Origin: a virus
Direction: 5' to 3' (one strand)
DNA length: 64,000 nucleotides
Virus record (IMG/VR): IMGVR_UViG_3300009034_000017
Location: 1-64,000 of that record
The translations under genes were made by a program, and so were the position numbers. Below the pieces are notes generated by a model. The model had not been told where the DNA came from, searched no databases, and was given only the letters and a program-made list of their open reading frames with translations. Of this stretch, positions 57,104-64,000 are shown piece after piece. Position 1 is the first letter of the stretch, and each line of letters starts with the position of its first letter.

Positions 57104-57295
57104 TCAAGTAGTTGGTTCAGCATTGCCCACCCGCTTTTTCTCGGCAACCCCCTCCCGATGGCCCTTCTCGTATGCTTCCCACAACCTCTCCTGCTCCGGG
57201 GAGTTGAAAAAGTAATAAGGGTTAGCATTGATGTACCCATCATAGCCATCATCGAACCCTTCGCTGTACGCATCAAGTCTAGCTTGGTCGCTCAT
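57104..57295 (-). CDS. Rmf-like small protein
   Basis: AY.EGF.DG......NPY.........W..Y.KG..EG. Confidence 0.55.
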   Translation of the reverse strand: MSDQARLDAYSEGFDDGYDGYINANPYYFFNSPEQERLWEAYEKGHREGVAEKKRVGNAEPTT

Positions 57296-57494
57296 CGGTC
57301 CACCTTGTTATGATAATGTCATGGCAGCCCTTATCTTGTTGTATCGTTAGGGGGCAAGCGACGACCTTGATTACATTGGGGTAGAGGGAAAAAGCGGGAT
57401 GATCAGTATCTTGTTCTACCATCTCCCTGCCACATACCCGGCATTCCATTTGTGTGCCTCCTTGATCTTCAGCCAGCCCCTCGCTGACCCCATC

Positions 57495-57938
57495 TCAATC
57501 TTCCTGCCCAAGATACGCCGACAGGTCGCTAACAATCCTTGTGCGGGGCTCTTTCGCCACAGTCACAAAGTCTAGCTCGATGGCCTTAGCAGCCTTCTCA
57601 AAAGCTCCCTTATTGAGCTTTAGGGCTTGGGGCAGATGCTGCCGAGCATAGTTTAGCGCGTCGCTCGGATCGTAGTCTAAGACTGTAGAGAATACAACCT
57701 TAACGGCAGTGTGTGGCTGTTTGTTGCCAGTGAGTTCATGCCGCGCCAAGGCAGCATGGCGCACCCTTTCTTCAGCATCCAGCTTACTCAACCGCGCTGT
57801 GCCCAATTGGTCTTTTGCCCCAGCAAGCTGCCAGCCCAGATCGCTGATTGCCACTAGGCTCTCAAGTCTTTCAACCTCTTGTGCCAGCGTAGCCTCTAGG
57901 TTACGTGCAAAGGCAAGTTCGCGAATTTCCTGATCCAT
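57495..57938 (-). CDS. coiled-coil protein, possibly Gam/gp157-like
   Basis: AAGGAG RBS; N-terminal coiled coil then YD...AL.YA and KL.K.AFEK; function uncertain. Confidence 0.45.
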   Translation of the reverse strand: MDQEIRELAFARNLEATLAQEVERLESLVAISDLGWQLAGAKDQLGTARLSKLDAEERVRHAALARHELTGNKQPHTAVKVVFSTVLDYDPSDALNYARQHLPQALKLNKGAFEKAAKAIELDFVTVAKEPRTRIVSDLSAYLGQED

Positions 57939-59166
57939 CTTTCAATTCTCCTTTAATATCCCCATACTATATCTTCCAAATCTCCACAATTTGGGATGGG
58001 AATAGTTGTCTATTTCTTTGGCGGTTTCCAATGGTAACACTCATCACTATGCGCGATACCAGCGAAGCCAATACGATGGTGAATCGGGCGCCCCTCATGT
58101 TCTAGCGGCTCACTTTGACCCGACGCTGGCCGAGCATCCAATTCATAGATATTTATCCAGCCGTAACATCCTTTGAGTGCCAAGAACTTGTTGCCAAGTT
58201 CATATTTGAGCCTAGCATACTTACAGCCGTTACAGCGCGGCCCCCGCAGGCCCATTTCATATAGGTATGACATTTCAATTTCCTCCTTTACGCTGTGTCA
58301 AGCTCAGGCATGCCTCACCACATATCCCATCCCCAGTCATCAAACTCGTCCCGCTCGTAATAGCCCAGTGGCTCATCACCTTTCAGGCGACGGACAATGT
58401 TCCCAACGAGCCTCTTGGTTTGTTGCCAGAAGCCTTCCCCGCGGTCATAATAGTGCCTCAGAATCTCGGGCTCTGGCCGATCAAATATGCCCCCCGAAGA
58501 GGGCATATCCTCTGGGCCTTGACTCATGGCATGGTAACCATTGATAACCTGATCATAGATGTCCGCGGAATCTCTCATTTTTCCTTCCTTTCCTAAGCCT
58601 CAATAACACTCCAGAGATGAATGCCAGATATTGCCGCTCGCCCCTTTTCGGTGGATTCAACGTAGCCACTTGGAGTGATCCACCCCCAAGCCCGCAGGGC
58701 TGTTATCTGGTGACGTTTTGCCAAATCCGACCATTGGAAATGTTCCGCGAGTTTCGTGGATGGGATCGGCTCATTTTCCACAATGTAAAGCATTACCTCG
58801 TGACAGTATCCCATAGGTATTCCCCCCTTGCTCTGTGTCAAGCTCAGGCGGGTCGTTGCACCCGTGCCGAGCAACAGGAGTTCTAGCGCTGCCTTGCTCA
58901 CTCGATCTCCTCAATGGCAAGGATTTCCCAATCGGGCTGTTCAACAATCTGCGCGCTACTATCGGGCAAGTCGGCCCATCCATCAAGCATTGACAAGTGA
59001 ACATGATTGATAACCAAGTTATAAGCGATGTGTTTTGCTATGTCCGTTGGTGAATGTAGGTCATAAAGCACGGAGCGCCACTCGTCATCCACGCGGCTAA
59101 TCACATCATCGCCTAACACTATAATCGCCTCCCCCCCCAAACTTACCCTAAACGTTCTGTCTGCCA

Positions 59167-59241
59167 TCAATATCCTCCTTTACGCTGGGTCAGGCTCAGG
59201 CGGGTGGTTACGCCCTTGCCCAACAGCATGAGTTTTAGCAT
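59167..59241 (-). CDS. 24-aa mini-ORF MLKLMLLGKGVTTRLSLTQRKGGY
   Basis: Own AAGGAG RBS, TGATG coupling to the next gene, many synonymous differences from the copy at 58822-58901. Confidence 0.65.
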   Translation of the reverse strand: MLKLMLLGKGVTTRLSLTQRKGGY

Positions 59242-62223
59242 TGAGGATTCTCCTTGAACCTCATGCCCTGTTGGTAGCCAAGCTCGTAAATCTTCCACAG
59301 GCTGGCCTCGCCGGGATCGTCATAGCAGTAAGGATTGGCTTTGATGTGTCCTCTTTGGCCGGCGTCCCACCCCAAAGTTTCCGCATGACCTTCCTCTTGG
59401 AACCTCTCGCAGTCGTCAAGCTCTTTGTGAGCACTCAGGCGGTGCCCACACTTAGGGCAAGCGCCAGGGTGTTTGGCACACCACCACTCCGATAGAGTTG
59501 GGCGCTGACTGATTTCGTACTTCTCCTCGCGTACATTGTACCAATGCTTGGTTCTTCTATCTACGGGGGTCTCGGCCATCTTGCTTCTCCTTTGTAGATC
59601 CGCCCAAGGCACTAGAGACCTTTGGGCTAAAGCCATAGGCATCCCACTGAGTATCGCACTTTGGACAAGTACCATACGCGGTCACATATAGTGAGCCCGT
59701 ATGTGTTTGGACATAAACCGCGAATGACATTAGCTGCCCGCAGTTAGGACATGGCTCCGTACAACTCATAGTACTTACCTCCTAGTCGCCAAGCCATCTA
59801 CCTTGCCAGCCTCGTAGCCCAAGGCGTAGATTTCGCATTCAAGGTTAGGAGTTCCGTCGCACCACCGTTGGACAACGCGCCCCAGCATGAAACAAATCAC
59901 GCAAATCCCAATCCAGTATGCAATCGTCACAGTACACACGGCCAGATTCGCACATGCAAACGGAAAACACTTTGCCACAGCCCTCACAAATGACTTCCCA
60001 AAAGTCGTAGCCACAATAGTCACAGTAGACATCCATTTACCTACCTCCATAAAGCTCAAGGGCTACAATCACAGCCAAGAACAGCCCTAGCCAAACTGTC
60101 AGAAATAGCTAGGTGATTCTACTTTTCACGGGGCTACTCTATTAGGGGCACTCCGCTATCTAGACAGCCCTCTGAATAGCCGGGCTTGGGCATGCGCGTC
60201 CAATGCCACCCTTGCCCATCACAACGGAACCATCCCCCGCTGCCCCAACAAGCCCAAGCCAACCTCCATGCACTTGCCTTAGTCAGATTGTAGCATCTGA
60301 GCCTGTCGCCTTGATGTATGTAAACAAACGGGCGACACTTGACATACATATAAACCGAAACGTGGTCAATCATGCTTCCTCCTGTGTCTCTTTTGTGAAA
60401 TGCCTGCCCACTTAAATTTATGGCGTGTCTATACTTAGTGCCGAGATATGAAATACAAGTTGTACCATCCCGTGTCTTTTATCTCATCCACTATACCGTC
60501 TTGCCACTTGTCTCCTTTTTGGTATGGAAATGGCCGAAACTTGATGGCATCGCCAACGCTTGGCTGGTAATGTTTCCATCCAACGAGGATCACTTTGCCG
60601 CCGTGTGTGCCGATTTTCGCGTGCAATCTTAACATAATTCTCCAATTTGGCTGCCAAGTAGCAGGACACCATTCAGCAACTCCGCCACAACCTCCCCAGG
60701 GGCATTGTAAAGCCGAATTCTCAAACCCTCTGGGCACAGTTCTGCCTTGAATCCGCCGAGCAGATAGACCTCGCCATTGCGATTGTGATCCTTGCGCCAG
60801 ATAGTGATGTTGGCTTCGCCATCGGCCCCGTGTTCATGGTAAGCAGTGGAATCCGTCCCGCAACCGATGTAGAACTGTCGGTATCTCATGCCTTTAGCCC
60901 CTCAAGTATAACCCTTCCGTCCTTGGGATTCTCAATTAGATGAACTACCCCGTCAATCTCAACCTTCCCCGGCGCAATGCCCATAATCGTACAACCAATC
61001 TTGTCTTGCATAAAGATGGCATGGTTAGATAGCCATCGCGCTAGAGCGGGTTTATTCTTGTGGTAGGCATTCGCACTACCATAGATCGCGGCAGAATATA
61101 GGCCGCAGGGATGACTATAAGTTTCTGCAAAAGATAGCAGGGCCAGCGTAAGCGTTTCCCCTTGGGCAAAGCCCGTAGACCTATCTGAGAAAAATGGTGC
61201 CGCAAAGCTGTTAGCGACAACAAAGTATTCAAAGCATTCTTTCATAACCGAACCTCCCTTTGTCTCTTACTGAGCTACTTAGTGATGTGCCAATAGCGTT
61301 CTAGCGGTACCCATCTGCCCTCCGTGATTTCTACAAAGCAACCACCCAAGAATCTCCACTGGCAGTCTATGCCTAAGATCTCGCCAGTATTGGAACACGC
61401 CGCGCGTGCTAAGATGGCAGCAAGCGTAGCGGTACCGACAAACAAAATGACCGTTGCCGCTATGGAAAAAAGCACGATGGCGAGAAATGTCCATTCGCCC
61501 CACTGGTCCTTAAGCACTTTAGGTCACCTCCTTTTTAATAGGCCGCCTCATTGCCCAGACTTCCTCATGGCAAGGGCCAGCCCGCCCACTCGTTACCGCT
61601 GGCGCGACCGCCAGCTTGATTATGTCACTTCCTCGCACCATGCGTCATCAACCCAAGAGCCAGCATGGTGATACTTGCCCCCGCGCCAGCCGCCCTCGCG
61701 ACGGGGCTGGAGACCAGATAGGGTCAGAGCAAGGTCATAGTACACAGGTTTATAGCCCGTTAAAAGCTGGAGCGCAGGCACAAATGTTCCATCACTCTCG
61801 CCAAGAATCACTGCTAGATTGCGCTGACTCTCAACACCATGCCTGCGTATCACCATGCCAACCCGCAAATCCTCAGCAAAGATGCGGCTAGGATGATCGG
61901 TTGGCTTCTGAGCCTCTATGGGCTTGTAGTTCACACAGGTTTTACAGTCCATCTTGCCTCCTTTCAGCAGAATAGCTCTATAACAAGCCACGCCACTAGC
62001 CCACACGTAACCAAGGAGGCAATAAGCTGCACGGCTAGAAATATAACTTGGCAGCCAGTACAGATTATGCCGCTTCGGGAGTAGTCGAACGTGACTTGGG
62101 GCGGTTGTTGCCTACATATTATACATTTGAACCGTCGCCCTTGGGCCTTGGCGAAATTGGCACAAGTACTGGTATCCATTATGTTCCTTTCAAAATTTCC
62201 TTAATTTGCCCCGCTTTGCCCAT

Positions 62224-62251
62224 ACTATAATCACTTTTAGGCAAATTGCAA
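62224..62251 (-). promoter_or_regulatory. possible sigma70 promoter
   Basis: TTGCAA-16 nt-TATAGT with an AT-rich upstream region. Confidence 0.5.
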
Positions 62252-62986
62252 GTGCTTGCAAGGCTATCTACCTTAAAAGTTTTAATTCTTTAAGGTTGGG
62301 GATAGGCGCTTGCAGAGGACTATGCAGGAATGCGGATTGCATCACAGATTACCCGTTGGCCCTTGCGACTACGCACCTTACCCTCTATGGGGACAACCTT
62401 CATGTCGGGGGGGATTGGCAATCTTGTGCGTCGCTTGGCATCCCTGATGATATTATTGGCCGCAGCCCATGTTGTGCAGGCAAAGAGTCCAAGCATCCCC
62501 CCGCTTATCCATGTACCCCTTGGCAGTGGGATTACCCGCGCTGGCCCCATACCAAGCGAATAGTAGCCTCCCGCTATTTCTGAAACTGCTTTAAACAATT
62601 GCATGGCTGGCCTACCAATGGTCAGCGAAAAAGCAGGTGACCCCAAACATTATCGCAAGACTGCCGAAGATCATCCCCATCACTGGTAAAATAAGCCAGG
62701 ATGCATTTTGGTTCTGGAATGAGAGTATTGCCCACCAGCAACTTGCATAAATGGCCCCGAAGACAAATGCCAGCCCATACTTAATGCCTTGCATTGGGCT
62801 GTTTTTCATTTTTCTTCGTTGCTGTGCGCCTGCTGGAATTCGCCACACCCAAGCTCGCTCCACGCAACCTGCGGATACAGAGTATCATAGAGAATGCGTG
62901 GGAACCTCTGTGTCAGGATTAACTTGGGCGGATACCTTACACAATGGCCGTATCCAGAGTCTATTATGTAGTAGTATTTGCAGTGT

Positions 62987-63163
62987 CTACATTTCGTCAT
63001 CTTTTTTCTCCTTTGCCCCTTCTTCCATTTTATCTAAGTACTGTTCCAAGGCAAAACGGACAATTGCTGCCTTGGAACGCCGTTCTAATTTGGCCCGTGC
63101 CACCAAACGGGCACTGAGATCGGCACTAAGAGGTACTCCCACAAATTCATTCAATCTATCCAT
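62987..63163 (-). CDS. ribbon-helix-helix protein, 58 aa (not in the ORF track)
   Basis: MDRLNEFVGVPLSADLSARLVARAKLERRSKAAIVRFALEQYLDK; GGAGG RBS; first gene after the promoter. Confidence 0.8.
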   Translation of the reverse strand: MDRLNEFVGVPLSADLSARLVARAKLERRSKAAIVRFALEQYLDKMEEGAKEKKDDEM

Positions 63164-63207
63164 TCTCTATCCCTCCATACATTAAAAGTGTTTCAGGCTC
63201 CTATAAT

Positions 63208-63236
63208 ATTATACCATATTTTGAGGCATTTGTCAA
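63208..63236 (-). promoter_or_regulatory. consensus sigma70 promoter, leftward
   Basis: TTGACA-17 nt-TATAAT exact. Confidence 0.88.
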
Positions 63237-63286
63237 GCCCCCCAACCTTAAAATTTTCAGGCAACTTTACTCTGCCATAGCCAAAC

Positions 63287-63315
63287 TTGACATTTTTCAA
63301 TAAATAATGTATAAT
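63287..63315 (+). promoter_or_regulatory. consensus sigma70 promoter, rightward
   Basis: TTGACA-17 nt-TATAAT exact. Confidence 0.88.
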
Positions 63316-63485
63316 GCGGCTAATGCAGCTTGTTTTCAATCGCTTGGCTACACTCTTGTTACAATGGTGGGTGGTGAGGGCAAATAAGTTGGGCGGGGTT
63401 GGGGTTGAGACATCGCACTGCTCACCTATATTGAACAAGTTCGACCTGTCATGTCTTGTTAGAATTATCTTGAAAGGAGAAAGAT

Positions 63486-64000
63486 ATGGCTGGACTTCCT
63501 TGGGCAGATTGTCCGCGTCAACTGCAACTACTTGAAAGTCTAGTTAAAGCTGGCAACCTAACTTGGGCAGAAATAGCCAAGACTGTTAGTAAGGAGGGTG
63601 CGAAGCGATCTGGTGATTCCTGTCGTTCAAAGGCTTCACTGGAGGGATGGTCTGCTGCCGTTGACTTGGAACTGCTGACAGACGAGCAGGTGGCCGAATA
63701 TGTAGATGAACGGGTTAAGGTTGTCAAGTCCGAAGCATTAGTCCGACACTATAAGAGCATGTATACGACGTTGGTGAAGCAGCAAGCCGATGTCCACAAC
63801 TTGGTGGAGAGGATGAAAGATTCGTTGGAATCCATCAAGCCCATGCCTCCTATGAAGATACGGGAACCCATAGTTGAAGGACAAGAGGAAGAAGAAGTGA
63901 TCCTTCTTGTTTCAGACATCCAGCTAGGCACCAAGTCTATTGGTGCCGAGATTGGACTGACGGAGCCACGGGTATGGGGCGCATTTGGCGCCTATGACTT
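63486..64000 (+). CDS. HTH + metallophosphoesterase-like protein, runs off the window
   Basis: GAAAGGAG RBS; open frame; TWAEIAK helix, then ILLVSDIQLG (calcineurin-like motif I variant). Confidence 0.65.
   Translation, partial: MAGLPWADCPRQLQLLESLVKAGNLTWAEIAKTVSKEGAKRSGDSCRSKASLEGWSAAVDLELLTDEQVAEYVDERVKVVKSEALVRHYKSMYTTLVKQQADVHNLVERMKDSLESIKPMPPMKIREPIVEGQEEEEVILLVSDIQLGTKSIGAEIGLTEPRVWGAFGAYD

Noticed and set aside
1-64000. CTAG seems frequent, possibly from deamination at methylated sites
   Set aside because: Impression only; needs observed/expected tetramer counts, and CCWGG and GATC sites are clearly still present

Overview
A 64 kb segment of a tailed dsDNA phage or prophage genome. 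Bases 1-19180 (+) form an apparently intact neck/tail module of non-contractile type: head-tail connector, HK97-gp10-like protein, tail terminator, two paralogous tail-tube genes, a gpG/gpGT-like chaperone pair, a 623-aa tape measure, a hub and several fibre/adhesin proteins, with an antisense zinc-finger DUF559 endonuclease inserted. Bases 19263-63163 are almost all minus-strand accessory genes. They include eight beta-class DNA methyltransferase genes or remnants, two radical-SAM-type proteins, a 5'-nucleotidase split by one TGA, three cell-wall enzyme genes (one an 883-aa protease+glycosidase+SpoIID fusion), a holin, a Sak4-like ATPase, ERCC4 and PD-(D/E)XK nucleases, Rnl2 RNA ligase, ASCH, Rmf-like and RHH/HTH proteins, and dozens of small ORFs. 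A + strand AAA+ helicase-like gene is followed by an origin-like repeat/AT-rich region. Near-consensus sigma70 promoters occur as two divergent pairs. No capsid, terminase, integrase, polymerase, reverse transcriptase, CRISPR array or canonical tRNA was found. The host is inferred (not shown) to be Chloroflexota. The strongest candidate novelties: (i) an MTase family sharing DNA-level N- and C-terminal frames around unrelated cores, ending in clamp-binding-like motifs; (ii) short coding modules re-used at gene starts and ends, suggesting module shuffling; (iii) five structured intergenic RNA candidates; (iv) in-frame TGG-TGA interruptions; (v) the multi-enzyme lysin with an internal start. All family calls come from motif recognition by eye; no searches or folding programs were run.
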